DNA of 64,000 bases, from the NCBI GenBank assembly GCA_900617105.1, contig UYFQ01000006.1, positions 310,001-374,000 on the forward strand, written 5' to 3'. This document shows, piece by piece, positions 30,678-41,188 of the stretch. The position numbers and the translations under genes are program-made. The notes under the pieces are model-generated. The model was not told the origin of the DNA and did no database searches. It saw only the letters and a list, made by a program, of their open reading frames with translations. This DNA comes from Hydrurus foetidus. Taxonomy: Eukaryota. Numbering within the stretch: position 1 is the stretch's first letter; the number at the start of each line of letters is the position of its first letter.

Positions 30678-31486
30678 GCGGGGTTTAACCCCAGCACGTC
30701 GAACATGTCGTACAGGCCCGGTGCGCGGCCTGCCAAGAAGCGCACGGCACGCAGGCTGCCCTGAGCGTAGGTGGCGCGGCTGGACGATTTGTGGGTTATC
30801 TCGATACGCTCGCCCGTACCGGCAAACAGCACGGTGTGGTCGCCCACGATATCGCCACCACGGATGGCGGCAAAGCCGATGGTGGAGGGGTCACGCTCGC
30901 CGGTGATGCCTTCACGGCCATAAACCGCACAGTCGGCCAACTTGCGGCCTTGGGCTTGGGCGATGACTTCGCCCATTTTGAGGGCGGTGCCGGAGGGCGC
31001 GTCCACCTTGTGGCGGTGGTGGGCTTCGATGATTTCGATGTCGTAACCCGTTGCCATCGCCTTGGCGGCCATTTCCAACAACTTCAAGGTCACGTTCACG
31101 CCAACGCTGAAATTGGGCGACATCACGATGGCGATGTCTTGAGCGATAGTGGTGATCTCAGTCTTTTGCGCGTCACTGAAGCCGGTGGTGCCAATCACAG
31201 CGTTGACACCCAGCTTGCGGCAGGCGTGCAGGTGCGCGATGGTGCCTTCGGGGCGGGTGAAGTCGATCAGGGTTTTGGCGTGGTGCAGACCTGCGGCCAA
31301 GTCAGCGGTGATCAGCACGCCACCGGATTTGCCCACGCTGGCATCTGTGCCGATACCGGGGCTGGTGGCGATGTCGAGCGCACCGGCGAGTGTGCAATCG
31401 CTAGCGTTATGGACGGCTTCGATCAGCATCTGGCCCATGCGGCCCGATGCGCCAGCGATGGCAATGGCGTGCGTCATGTTGGTCAT
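30674..31486 (-). CDS. dapB: 4-hydroxy-tetrahydrodipicolinate reductase
   Basis: [33 protein letters not shown]. Confidence 0.96.
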   Translation of the reverse strand: MTNMTHAIAIAGASGRMGQMLIEAVHNASDCTLAGALDIATSPGIGTDASVGKSGGVLITADLAAGLHHAKTLIDFTRPEGTIAHLHACRKLGVNAVIGTTGFSDAQKTEITTIAQDIAIVMSPNFSVGVNVTLKLLEMAAKAMATGYDIEIIEAHHRHKVDAPSGTALKMGEVIAQAQGRKLADCAVYGREGITGERDPSTIGFAAIRGGDIVGDHTVLFAGTGERIEITHKSSSRATYAQGSLRAVRFLAGRAPGLYDMFDVLGLNPA

Positions 31487-31593
31487 GGTTGTCCCGTTTT
31501 TATCCAGCGTTAGCGGTGAGGGCTGTTCGTGGGGTTGGGTGTTATCCCAGCGCTGAAGACACACTTCGCGCGGGGCACGGAAAACTAGAGCGA

Positions 31594-32172
31594 TTAAGGC
31601 GAAGCGCCTTCGAGCGGCGGGTAGGTGGTCGACACAGCTGCCGGTGCCGCTGGACTGATTGAGGCGGCTGGTGTCACTTGCTTGGGGGCAAAGGGCTTCA
31701 GACTGTCGGGATCCACTTGCAGCACGGGGACTTTGCCCAGTTTGCGGTTAGATTCAAGTTGAGCGACGAATTCGGTTTCGCTGGGCATTTCATCGCCCTC
31801 AAAGCGCGTCATCGCATCGCCTTCAAAAAACACGCTCAAGCGGCGCGACTGGGTGTCCACGCCTTGGCGGTGCAAGGTGAACACGTAATCCCAGCGGTTG
31901 CTGTGAAAAATACTGGCCAGCAGCGAGGTGCCCAAAATATCGCGAACTTGGTTGCGAGACATGCCGGGTTTGAGGGCCGCTACCTGCTCTTTCGACACGA
32001 AATTGCCCTGCACCACCTCAAGGCGGTAGGGGCTGACGGCGGTGAGCAAGCGGTTGGTGCTGGTGTCCACGCTGCCACAGCCGCTCAGCAGCAGGCTTGC
32101 GCCCACGCACGCGGCAAGTGCCATCGACAAACGAAGAGACAAACAAGAGAGCGAAGGGGCGTTGGCAAACAT
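31594..32172 (-). CDS. bamE: Outer membrane protein assembly factor BamE (SmpA/OmlA)
   Basis: Lipobox [28 protein letters not shown]; divergent from fur. Confidence 0.92.
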   Translation of the reverse strand: MFANAPSLSCLSLRLSMALAACVGASLLLSGCGSVDTSTNRLLTAVSPYRLEVVQGNFVSKEQVAALKPGMSRNQVRDILGTSLLASIFHSNRWDYVFTLHRQGVDTQSRRLSVFFEGDAMTRFEGDEMPSETEFVAQLESNRKLGKVPVLQVDPDSLKPFAPKQVTPAASISPAAPAAVSTTYPPLEGASP

Positions 32173-32296
32173 GGGGCCGATCAAGCAGTGGGCTGTAGCG
32201 ATATGATGATTCCATTGTAGCGACTGCTTATTTGTGGGCCATTGCCCCACCCTCAAGCGGCGTTTTTAAACCGCTCAGTCGCACCGAAAGCATCTC

Positions 32297-32767
32297 ATGG
32301 CCAATATCGACGAACTCAAAAGTACCGGCCTCAAAGCCACCCTGCCCCGCCTGAAAATTTTGGAAATTTTCCAAAAAGGCGAACAACGCCACATGACGGC
32401 TGAAGACGTGTTTCGCGTGCTGCTGCAAGACCGCTCGGACATTGGCCTGGCCACCGTTTACCGCGTGCTGACGCAGTTTGAGCAGGCCGCCATCCTGAGC
32501 CGCAGCCATTTTGAGAGTGGCAAAGCCGTCTACGAACTGAACGAAGGCCAACACCATGACCATTTGGTGTGCCTGGACTGCGGCCGCGTAGAAGAGTTTT
32601 ATGACGCTGAAATCGAGCGCCGCCAAAACGACGTGGCGTTGCGCAAAGGCTTTGTGATTGCCGACCATGCGCTAAGCCTGTATGCCAATTGCACCAAAGA
32701 GGCCTGCCCTAACCGGCCAGCACCGAATCCTCGAGGCGGCTTCAGCACGGGAAATACATCCCTATAG
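32297..32767 (+). CDS. fur: Ferric uptake regulator
   Basis: [30 protein letters not shown]. Confidence 0.97.
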   Translation: MANIDELKSTGLKATLPRLKILEIFQKGEQRHMTAEDVFRVLLQDRSDIGLATVYRVLTQFEQAAILSRSHFESGKAVYELNEGQHHDHLVCLDCGRVEEFYDAEIERRQNDVALRKGFVIADHALSLYANCTKEACPNRPAPNPRGGFSTGNTSL

Positions 32768-32775
32768 GCGCAGGA

Positions 32776-33729
32776 TCAGTCGTCTGACTCCATGAGCTTG
32801 CGTTGGCGGTCGGTGAACTCTTGGTAGGTGTCGATGCCACGCAGTTGCAAAATCGAGTTGCGCACAGCAGCTTCGACCAGCACAGCTATATTGCGCCCGG
32901 CCACCACCTGAATCACCACCTTGCGTACCGGCACGCTCAGAACGTCTTGCGTCAACGGCGTAGCGGGCATACGCTCGTAGTCGCGCTCTAAAACTTCTTT
33001 GCGCACCAAATGCACGATGAGCTTGAGGCGCATTTTGCGGCGCACAGCGGTTTCACCGAAAATGGCTTTGATGTCCAGCAGACCAATGCCACGCACTTCC
33101 AGCAGGTTTTGCAGCAAATCGGGGCAGCGACCTTCAATGGTGGTTTGGTTGATGCGAAAAATATCCACCACATCATCGGCCACCAAGCCGTTGCCACGCG
33201 AAATCAGCTCCAGCCCCAACTCGCTCTTACCTAAGCCGGATTCGCCGGTAATCAGTACACCCATGCCCAAAATATCCATGAACACACCGTGCATGGACGA
33301 GCGGTCGGCAAAGTGCTTGGACAAGTAGGCCCGCAGCACGTCAATCACAAAGGCGGAAGACTCCTTGGTGGCGAACATCGGGATTTGGGCACGTTCGCAC
33401 ATCGACAGCAGCGCATCGGGGGCGGTTTGCCCATCGGCCAAAATCAATACCGGCGGCTCTAAAGTGACGATGCGCGAGATACGCCGCACGCAGTCTTCAG
33501 GTGTGCCACGTTGGCTCAAATAGGCGATTTCGCGCTCGCCCATGATCTGCACACGGTAGGGGTGGATGTAGTTGAGGTGGCCCACCAAATCAGCCCCTGA
33601 ACGCGCAGCGCTGATGGCAACGTCGTCAAACCGGCGCTCGGAAGCCCCCAAACCGGCCACCCATTCCCACTTCAGCGCAACGCGGAAGGCTTCAAACAAC
33701 ACATCGGCGCTGACGGCGGTAGGTTTCAT
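32776..33729 (-). CDS. hprK: HPr kinase/phosphorylase
   Basis: [27 protein letters not shown]. Confidence 0.95.
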   Translation of the reverse strand: MKPTAVSADVLFEAFRVALKWEWVAGLGASERRFDDVAISAARSGADLVGHLNYIHPYRVQIMGEREIAYLSQRGTPEDCVRRISRIVTLEPPVLILADGQTAPDALLSMCERAQIPMFATKESSAFVIDVLRAYLSKHFADRSSMHGVFMDILGMGVLITGESGLGKSELGLELISRGNGLVADDVVDIFRINQTTIEGRCPDLLQNLLEVRGIGLLDIKAIFGETAVRRKMRLKLIVHLVRKEVLERDYERMPATPLTQDVLSVPVRKVVIQVVAGRNIAVLVEAAVRNSILQLRGIDTYQEFTDRQRKLMESDD

Positions 33730-33807
33730 GGGATTTTAGAAAATGCTCAAAAAGAGCGCCCATGCAGCATGTCTGTGGGCGCAAAGGGCACAGAAAACAC
33801 AAGTAGG

Positions 33808-34275
33808 TTACGCAGTTTGCGCGGACTTCCAAGTGGCAATCAGTGTGTGCAAGGCCAATGCTTCGGTGCTGCCTTTGATGCGTTCGCGCAGCGGTGCATC
33901 ACTCAGCAGCTCTGCAATTTCAGAGAGGATTTCAAGGTGCTTTTGGGTGGCCGCTTCGGGCACCAGTAAAAAGATCAATAAATCAACAGGTTGGTCATCC
34001 GGGGCATCAAAGCCGATGGGGACGCTCAAACGCAACACGGCGGCCATAGGTGCTTTGAGGCCGCGAATACGGCCATGGGGGATGGCAACACCGTGGCCCA
34101 GCCCGGTAGAACCCAGTCGTTCGCGGGCGAACAAACTGTCCGTCACCAAGGCGCGGCTCAGGCCGTGCAGGTTTTCGAACAGCAACCCGGCCTCTTCAAA
34201 AGCCCGTTTTTTGCTGGTAGCGTCAACCTGGACTAAAACCTGGGGCAGGGGCAATATTGAAGCGAGTCGGTTCAT
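33808..34275 (-). CDS. ptsN: PTS IIA(Ntr)
   Basis: RERLGSTGLGHGVAIPHGR, FDAPD. Confidence 0.93.
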   Translation of the reverse strand: MNRLASILPLPQVLVQVDATSKKRAFEEAGLLFENLHGLSRALVTDSLFARERLGSTGLGHGVAIPHGRIRGLKAPMAAVLRLSVPIGFDAPDDQPVDLLIFLLVPEAATQKHLEILSEIAELLSDAPLRERIKGSTEALALHTLIATWKSAQTA

Positions 34276-34321
34276 AGTGGACGCAGATTATGCACGTTGT
34301 GGCCTCGGCTAAATTGACGGC

Positions 34322-34348
34322 AAAAAAAACCGCCAGGGTCGCTGGCGG
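34322..34348 (-). terminator. Rho-independent terminator after hpf
   Basis: CCGCCAG/CTGGCGG stem followed on the minus strand by T8. Confidence 0.65.
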
Positions 34349-34378
34349 CGGCGGGGTCAGTCAAACGGTCAAAAAGAC

Positions 34379-34711
34379 TTACATCAGCAACCGTTTGGCC
34401 GACTCATGCTGGTGGTCTTGCACACGCTCTTTGTGGCGCCCGACTTGGCGGTCCAGCTTGTCTACCAAGTCGTCCACGGCGGCGTACAGGTCTTCGTGGG
34501 CGCTTTCTGCAAACATGTCGTTGCCTTTGACGTGGATATTGCACTCCGCTCGCTGACGACCTTCTTTTTCCTTTTGCTTCTCAACGCTGAGCAGCACCTT
34601 CACATCCACCACTTGATCAAAATGTCGGGTTATTCGGTCTAACTTACCGGTGACATAGCTTCTCAATGCGGGGGTAACTTCAAGATGGTGGCCGCTGATT
34701 GTCAAGTTCAT
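34379..34711 (-). CDS. hpf: Ribosome hibernation promoting factor (short HPF/RaiA)
   Basis: [33 protein letters not shown]. Confidence 0.93.
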   Translation of the reverse strand: MNLTISGHHLEVTPALRSYVTGKLDRITRHFDQVVDVKVLLSVEKQKEKEGRQRAECNIHVKGNDMFAESAHEDLYAAVDDLVDKLDRQVGRHKERVQDHQHESAKRLLM

Positions 34712-34967
34712 GTGTAGGCTCCTAAACGCATGGGATGGAAGCAGTTGCCCATTGGTGCAGAGCAACTGGGGGCGGCGTTTTTTCGTCGCCCTGAAGTAAC
34801 TATGCGCCTGTTGTCACAGAATTGCAATGCCTTTCAGGTATGTCCACAGGATTAAAAGTGCGATATTTTGAGCAAAGTCTGGGTGACAAAAAATCACCCC
34901 TGTTTCACCCGGATGCAGCGAAAAACTGCCCGTTTAAAGGGCATAATTTTGCGCGAACTGCAGGCTT

Positions 34968-36197
34968 TCACCCCTTGGCTGCGATCCCAGGGCTGGCCCC
35001 GTACAGCTTCAACGTCCCCGCCAGCACAAACGCCACCGCACTGGCAGCTATACCGACCACCGCAGCCATCCAATAGTTGTGGATCAAGCCTTGTGCATCG
35101 CGCTCAATCAGGTGTCCGCCGATGAAACTGGCCAAGCCCATTCCCGCAGACTGCACCGCTGAGTTCAGCGTCATGAAGGTGCCACGCAGTTGCGGGTTGG
35201 CGGCTGAGGTGATGATCGCCATGCCCGGAATCATGCGCCCGCTCATGCATACAAAAAACGAGCTGGAGACGATCAGCACCACCCACAGTGGCACAGGCGG
35301 CAGCAAGGTGGTGATAAGCATGGGGAACATCGTCATCACCGCCAGCAGGCGAAAGGTGTAAACCTTGCCACGCTGGTCCGTCATCTTGCCAAACAAACGC
35401 GCCGTGAAGAGCGTAAGCACCCCACCACACAGGTAGACATAAGGAATCTGCTCAGGGTGTACGCCCACATTCGCTTGCATATAGAGTGTGATGTACGGGA
35501 TCATGGTGAAGCCAGCGAACATCAACAACCCTGAAAACAAAAACGCTTTGTGGTGGTTAGGGTCAGCCAGCACTTGGCGAATACCCTCCATCGCAGAAAT
35601 GCGTCCCGTCGCCTTCAGATGGTCTTTCAATGTAGGCAGGGTGATGGCAGTGAAGATCGCCAACACCACACACAGTGCTGCAATGCCAAAAAATGGGGCA
35701 TGCCAGCTCAGGTGCGCAGCCAAAAACAGCCCCAAGGGCACACCAGCTACGGTAGACACCGAAAATGAGGTCATCACAATGCCCATCGCCCTGCCCCGGC
35801 GCTCAAACGGCACCACATCGGCAATGATGGTTTGCGAGAGCGCAGACAGCACGCCGCCAAAAATGCCAGCAGCCACTCGCGCCGCCATCAAACTGCCGTA
35901 GGTAGGAGCCAAACCACAGGCCAGTGTCGCCACGGCAAACAGCGAATACAGCACCAGCATCAAGCGCTTGCGGCCAAAACGGTCTACATAGGTGGAAGCC
36001 AGCAAGCCCGAAGCCCCTGCGGCCAGCGTGTAAGCCGATACCAGCAGGCCAAACTGCGCATCGTTAATGTGGAACAACTGGGTGAACTGCGGCCCCAGCG
36101 GCATCATGATCATGAAGTCCAGAATGTGGGTGAACTGGATGCCTGCAAGTGTGAACAAAAGCCAAAGTTCACGCCGGGGAGAAAGCACAGTAGCCAT
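34968..36197 (-). CDS. MFS transporter
   Basis: DRFGRK motif A, about 12 hydrophobic segments, ERRGRAMG. Confidence 0.9.
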   Translation of the reverse strand: MATVLSPRRELWLLFTLAGIQFTHILDFMIMMPLGPQFTQLFHINDAQFGLLVSAYTLAAGASGLLASTYVDRFGRKRLMLVLYSLFAVATLACGLAPTYGSLMAARVAAGIFGGVLSALSQTIIADVVPFERRGRAMGIVMTSFSVSTVAGVPLGLFLAAHLSWHAPFFGIAALCVVLAIFTAITLPTLKDHLKATGRISAMEGIRQVLADPNHHKAFLFSGLLMFAGFTMIPYITLYMQANVGVHPEQIPYVYLCGGVLTLFTARLFGKMTDQRGKVYTFRLLAVMTMFPMLITTLLPPVPLWVVLIVSSSFFVCMSGRMIPGMAIITSAANPQLRGTFMTLNSAVQSAGMGLASFIGGHLIERDAQGLIHNYWMAAVVGIAASAVAFVLAGTLKLYGASPGIAAKG

Positions 36198-36247
36198 AGA
36201 AATCCAATGAACGCCCAGAGGGCAACATTTAACTTTAACATCGTGCC

Positions 36248-37456
36248 ATGAGCATGGACACCATCATTCACGCGGGCTACTCGCGCCACCGTGCGCAGCC
36301 ACGCTTCATCAACGCCTTGGTATTGATGGGAGGAGGTGCCCGTTCGGCTTATCAAGTCGGCGTGCTGCGTGCCACTGCTGCCATGCTGAGCTTACAACCG
36401 GGGCTGGTAGACGGTTTTCCCTTTCCAGTGCTGGTGGGCACATCTGCCGGTGCGTTGAACGCGACATTTTTAGCCGGGGAGTCCAGCCGGGGTTTGGAAG
36501 CCTTTGAAGCCTTGGCGCAATTTTGGGAACACCTGCGCTCCGATGACGTGTACACGCTGAACATCCCCCCCCTAGCGAGGGCTAGCCGTTGGTTAATCGC
36601 ACTGAGCCTTTCGCGCAATGCCCGCGCGCGCGGGGGTATTTTGAACAACATGCCTCTGGTCGACACGCTGCACAAAGCCGTCTCTCTCTTGGGCATTGAA
36701 GACGCACTGCAATCGCAGGCCATACGCGCCTTGGCCGTCACCGCGTCCAGTTACACCAGCGGCGTGCATTGGACGTTTTGCCAAACGGCCCGCCAGCAAG
36801 ACTTCCACACTTGGGCGCGGCCCGGTCGTCGCGCGGAGTACCAGCCCATCACGATTGAGCATTTAATGGCATCGAGCGCCATTCCTTTTATCTTCCCATC
36901 CACCAAACTTTGGGTGGACGATCGCGCCGAATTCTTTGGCGATGGTTCGATGCGGCAAATCTCACCCCTGTCGTCAGCAATGCATTTGGGGGCCAACCGC
37001 ATTTTTGTGGTGGGTGCAGGACAACCCCGACGAACCCAAGTCACCGACAACAGCCCTGTCACATTACCCACACTAGGCAACATTGCCGGATTCGCCATGG
37101 CCAGTGTGTTCCATGACACCGTTCAGGCGGATGTGGAACAAACCCAGCGCGTCACGAAAACCCTGCGCAATCTCCCCCCCGAGATCGCCGCTGCCATGCC
37201 GTACAGCGAAGTCGAGGTGCTGGCCATCACGCCCACCCAGTCGCTGGATGCCTTGGCCCAGGCTCATGCCCACGAGCTGCCTACCATCACCCGCCATGCC
37301 CTGGAGGGTTTAGGGGCGCTGAAAGGCGGTGGCGCAGCGCTGGCCAGCTACCTGCTGTTTGAGCCAGGTTTCACCAAAGCACTGATGCAGCTGGGCGAGC
37401 AAGACGCCTATGCGCGTAAAGCCGAGATACTGGCGTTCTTTGCCGGGCAAAAATAA
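36248..37456 (+). CDS. Patatin-like phospholipase
   Basis: GGGARSAYQ, GTSAG, ASSAIP, FGDGS. Confidence 0.9.
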   Translation: MSMDTIIHAGYSRHRAQPRFINALVLMGGGARSAYQVGVLRATAAMLSLQPGLVDGFPFPVLVGTSAGALNATFLAGESSRGLEAFEALAQFWEHLRSDDVYTLNIPPLARASRWLIALSLSRNARARGGILNNMPLVDTLHKAVSLLGIEDALQSQAIRALAVTASSYTSGVHWTFCQTARQQDFHTWARPGRRAEYQPITIEHLMASSAIPFIFPSTKLWVDDRAEFFGDGSMRQISPLSSAMHLGANRIFVVGAGQPRRTQVTDNSPVTLPTLGNIAGFAMASVFHDTVQADVEQTQRVTKTLRNLPPEIAAAMPYSEVEVLAITPTQSLDALAQAHAHELPTITRHALEGLGALKGGGAALASYLLFEPGFTKALMQLGEQDAYARKAEILAFFAGQK

Positions 37457-37486
37457 TGTTGCAATGCGATAATCAAAGGCTGTTCA

Positions 37487-37610
37487 CTACCGGAGCCATG
37501 CACTTGGAAACCTGCCCGAGTCGGTAGCTTTCAACTCCCCCGCATCAAAGGGCTGGCGTTGGAAGCCAACCCACCCAAACCCTTTTTGATGCCATACCGT
37601 TCACGGGAGT
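37487..37610 (+). promoter_or_regulatory. Structured 5' leader of corA (candidate cis-regulatory RNA)
   Basis: Stems CTACCG/CGGTAG, ACTTGG/CCGAGT, GCATCAAAGGG/CCCTTTTTGATGC, and ACTCCC pairing with the SD GGGAGT; TGcGATAAT extended -10 at 37465-37473. Confidence 0.45.
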
Positions 37611-37616
37611 CAAGCC

Positions 37617-38472
37617 ATGCTCAATATTTTTTCGCTCGCCAATGGCCGCCTCTTTCAAGAAGAGATCGAGTCGCTGGAAGAGCTCTCCAAATTCCAGCCC
37701 ATTTGGGTAGATTTGGAATCCCCCACTTTAGAAGAAAAACGCTGGATCAAGCAGTACTACGGTCTGTCCATCCCCGAAGACGCGATGGACGAGGACATCG
37801 AAGAGTCCGCCCGCTTCTACGCCGAAGACAACGGCGACTTGCACATCCGCAGTGACTTTTTGATCGCTGATGCCAACGAGCCCCGCACCGTGCGCGTCGC
37901 CTTCATCTTGAACGACGTGAACGAAGAGCTGCGCTCCAAAGGCGTGCTGTTTTCCATCCACGACGAAGACGTGCCCGTGTTCCGCCTGCTGCGCATGCGT
38001 GCCCGCCGTGCCCCTGGCCTGATTGAAGATGCCAAAGAAGTGCTGCTCAAACTGTTCGATGCCGATGCCGAATACTCCGCCGACACGCTGGAAGGCATTT
38101 ATGACGAGCTGGAAAAAGCCGGCAAGTTTGTACTGTCCGGCGACGTGACGGACGCGATGGCCGGTGAAGTGCTAGGCGCCATTGCCCGCCAAGAAGACTT
38201 GAATGGCCGTATCCGCCGCAACGTGATGGACACCCGCCGGGCCGTCAGCTTCATGATGCGCAGCCGCATGCTCAACGCCGAGCAGTTTGAGGAAGCTCGG
38301 CAAATTCTGCGCGACATCGAATCGCTGGACAACCATACCGCTTTCTTGTTCGACAAAATCAACTTTTTGATGGACGCCACCGTCGGTTTCATCAACATCA
38401 ACCAGAACAAGATCATCAAAATCTTCTCGGTCGCCAGCGTCGCCCTGCTGCCGCCCACGCTGATTGCCAGCG

Positions 38473-38503
<31 letters not shown>

Positions 38504-38603
38504 GCTGGACTGGTCACTGGGCTACGCCTACGCACTGGCCCTGATGCTGGCCAGTGCGCTGGTGCCGATGTGGTACTTCCGCAAGCGGGGCTGGCTCAAG
38601 TAA
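37617..38603 (+). CDS. corA: Magnesium/cobalt transporter CorA
   Basis: PPTLIASVYGMNF (GMN motif), MPEL, C-terminal FRKRGWL. Confidence 0.96.
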
Positions 38604-38649
38604 GCCAGACAAAAACGGGACTGATGCGCCTCCAGGCGCGAAGCCTTAA

Positions 38650-39499
38650 GAGCGTGTTTACGATCTTCGAAGCACCAAAGCAAGAAATGCCAAATGGACG
38701 AATTGCAAGCTGGTGTTGATCCATCGCTCGCAGTTCTTCCACAGCCGTCGGTTCTTCTCCAGCCACGCAAAACTTCGCTCGACTACCCATCGTTTTGGAA
38801 TGACGGCGAATTTGTGCAATTCGCTGCGTTTGGCTATTTGAACTTCAACTGTGTCGCCCAGCGTTTCTTTGACGGCCTGCTCAAAAGGCTTGCCCACATA
38901 GCCGCCATCACACAGCACGGCCTTGATCGTGCTCAGGTTCTGCTTGCAGCGTGTCATGGCTTGCAAGGCTCCTTTGCGATCCGTTACATCGGCTGTGCTC
39001 ACCGCTACTGCGTGCGGTAATCCTTGTGTATCCACAGCAATGTGACGCTTGATACCTGAGATTTTCTTCCCTGCGTCATAGCCTTTACTGCCCGCTGTGT
39101 CTGTGTTCTTTACGCTCTGTGCGTCCACTATTAACAGCGTCGGCATGGCGTTGCGCCCCAGTTTCTCGCGGGCCGCGCCAACCTGATTTTTTTAAAGCCC
39201 GCTCCAGCACTCTGATACCGTCCTGGTCGGGCTTTTTCCACTTGGAAAAGTAGGCATATACCGTCTGCCATTTCGGAAATTCACTGGGCAAAAACCGCCA
39301 CTGACATCCTGTGCGCAGCAAGTACAGCAGCGCACAAAATACCTCGTACTGATCTATTGTTGTGGGCTTTGTGCGTCGGCGCACGCCGCACAGCAGCGGC
39401 TCAATTTCGGCGAACTTCTCTCGACTGATGTCGCTGGCGTATTTCTTTTCTCTCATCCCCGTAGTTTCGGGTCAATTCAGGGGGATCGCAAACACGTTC
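38650..39499 (-). mobile_element. IS5-family insertion sequence (IS427/IS1031-like), 850 bp
   Basis: Imperfect 16-bp TIRs GAGCGTGTTTACGATC (38650-38665) and GATCGCAAACACGTTC (39484-39499); TAA duplicated at 38647-38649 and 39500-39502. Confidence 0.9.
38658..39456 (-). CDS. IS5-family transposase, two ORFs joined by a probable -1 frameshift
   Basis: OrfA (YASD, LRTGCQWR.LP..FP.W) 39085..39456 and OrfB (IVDAQSVK, GIKRHIAVD, DGGY, RWVVERSFAW) 38658..39146; A7 run at 39187-39193. Confidence 0.88.
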
Positions 39500-39873
39500 T
39501 AAGGGATAACAGCGTAAGCCACGATCTCTAGGCGCATCCCAGGCACCACCAGGGCGGAAACGCCCATGCTGGAACGGTTGGGGTATGGGGCATCAAAGAA
39601 CTCGCGGTACACGGTGTCAATGGCGGGCATGTCGGCAACGTCGGTCATGTAGATCAGCACCTGCGTCACGTCCACCAAACCGCCGCCAGCTGCTTCAACC
39701 GCACGCTTCAGGTTGGCAAAGGTCAAGCGTGCTTGAACCTCGATGGCGCCGGTGTCGATGCTGCCGTCCAGGCGCACCGGGCCGTGCGCGGTGAACAGCA
39801 AGCCGCCTGACTTAACGGCCCAAGAGAACGGTTGCTTGAGTGGGGGCAAGCCCACGTCGATGATTTCTTTCAC
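39499..39873 (-). CDS. RidA/YjgF-family protein
   Basis: PFSWAV, QARLTFANL, YPNRSS, RLEIVAYA. Confidence 0.88.
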   Translation of the reverse strand: MKEIIDVGLPPLKQPFSWAVKSGGLLFTAHGPVRLDGSIDTGAIEVQARLTFANLKRAVEAAGGGLVDVTQVLIYMTDVADMPAIDTVYREFFDAPYPNRSSMGVSALVVPGMRLEIVAYAVIP

Positions 39874-41087
39874 AGCACCGCCGCCACGGCGTTGGCCACG
39901 GCCTCCACGTTACGGGTGGACAAGCCCGACATGCACATGCGGCCTGAGCGCAGCAGGTACACCCCAAACTCGGCACGCAAGCGGTCTACCTGCGCGGCAC
40001 TCAAACCGGTGTAGCTGAACATGCCGCGCTGGGTCAAAAAGTAGTCAAAATTGCGCTCACCATTGAACTTGGCACTCAACACCGCGTGCAACTGGGTGCG
40101 CATGGCTTTGATACGGGCGCGAATCACCACCAGCTCAGCATCCCACATGGCGAACAGCTCGGGGCTTTGCAGCACCGCCGCCACCAGCCGTGCGCCGTGC
40201 GTGGGCGGCGTGGAGTAGCTGCTGCGCACGGTGGCCTTCAACTGGCCCAGCACCGTGCTGGCCGCCGTGGCGTTGTTACACACCACGCTCAAGCCCCCGA
40301 CCCGCTCGCCGTACAGCGAGAAGTTTTTAGAAAATGAATTGGCAACAAAGCACTGCAAACCCGCTGTAGCCAAAGCCCGTGGCGCATAGGCATCTTCAGC
40401 CAAACCATCGCCAAAACCTTGGTAAGCCATGTCCACAAACGGAATCAACTCTCCTTTTTGCAACACGGGGATCAAGGCCTGCCACTGTGCGTGGGACAAG
40501 TCCACGCCCGTCGGGTTGTGGCAGCTGGCGTGCAGCAGCACGATGCTCTGGCGTGGCAGTTGGCGCAGGGCATCCAACATCGCGTCAAAGCGCACGCCAC
40601 CGGTGGCTTCGTCGTAGTAGGGGTAGGTGTGGACGGTGCAGCCCGCACCCTCAAACATGGCACGGTGGTTCTCCCAGGTGGGGTCGCTGATCCACACCTG
40701 CGACTGCGGGAAGTAGCGGCGCAAAAAATCAGCCCCCACGCGAATCGCGCCTGAGGCACCCAGCGTCTGCAAGGTGGCAATGCGCCCAGCGGTGACGGCC
40801 TCGTGGCTGGCACCAAACACCAGTTGCTGGGTGGCTTGACGGTAATCGGCGATACCGTCAATCGGCAAATAAGGGCGCGGGGCGATAGCGTTCAGCAGGG
40901 CAACTTCGGCATGGCGCACGGATTCCATCACCGGCAGACGACCTTCATCATCAAAGTAAATGCCAATGCTCAGGCTGACTTTGTTCGGATTGGGGTCTTT
41001 TTGAAAATCGTCCATCAGCGACAAGATGGGGTCACCAGCGTAAGGTTGCACGTGGTCAAACAGCGATGCGGGCGCGTAAGGGGTCAT
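39870..41087 (-). CDS. Aromatic/aspartate aminotransferase (TyrB/AspC family)
   Basis: GDPILSL, SDPTWENH, HASCHNPTG, DMAYQGFG, SFSKNFSLYGERVG, QRGMFSY. Confidence 0.92.
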   Translation of the reverse strand: MTPYAPASLFDHVQPYAGDPILSLMDDFQKDPNPNKVSLSIGIYFDDEGRLPVMESVRHAEVALLNAIAPRPYLPIDGIADYRQATQQLVFGASHEAVTAGRIATLQTLGASGAIRVGADFLRRYFPQSQVWISDPTWENHRAMFEGAGCTVHTYPYYDEATGGVRFDAMLDALRQLPRQSIVLLHASCHNPTGVDLSHAQWQALIPVLQKGELIPFVDMAYQGFGDGLAEDAYAPRALATAGLQCFVANSFSKNFSLYGERVGGLSVVCNNATAASTVLGQLKATVRSSYSTPPTHGARLVAAVLQSPELFAMWDAELVVIRARIKAMRTQLHAVLSAKFNGERNFDYFLTQRGMFSYTGLSAAQVDRLRAEFGVYLLRSGRMCMSGLSTRNVEAVANAVAAVL

Positions 41088-41188
41088 GGAGGTACTCAGG
41101 GTTAGGGTGGTGCAGTACGAGGAAAAATCAACCAACAAGTTTAACAATCTGCATCAAACGGCCAAGCCTCTGCATGACACCATCAGCG

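Noticed and set aside
32199..32224. Possible Fur box between bamE and fur
   Set aside because: Poor match to GATAATGATAATCATTATC; more simply explained as overlapping divergent -10 elements (TATGAT and TACAAT).
34769..34791. Hairpin upstream of hpf as a raiA-motif RNA
   Set aside because: Only a single short stem; the raiA motif is a large RNA known mainly from Bacillota and Actinomycetota.
39085..39200. Transposase pseudogene caused by frameshift
   Set aside because: The A7 run at the ORF overlap is typical of programmed frameshifting in this IS5 subgroup; TIRs and target duplication are intact.
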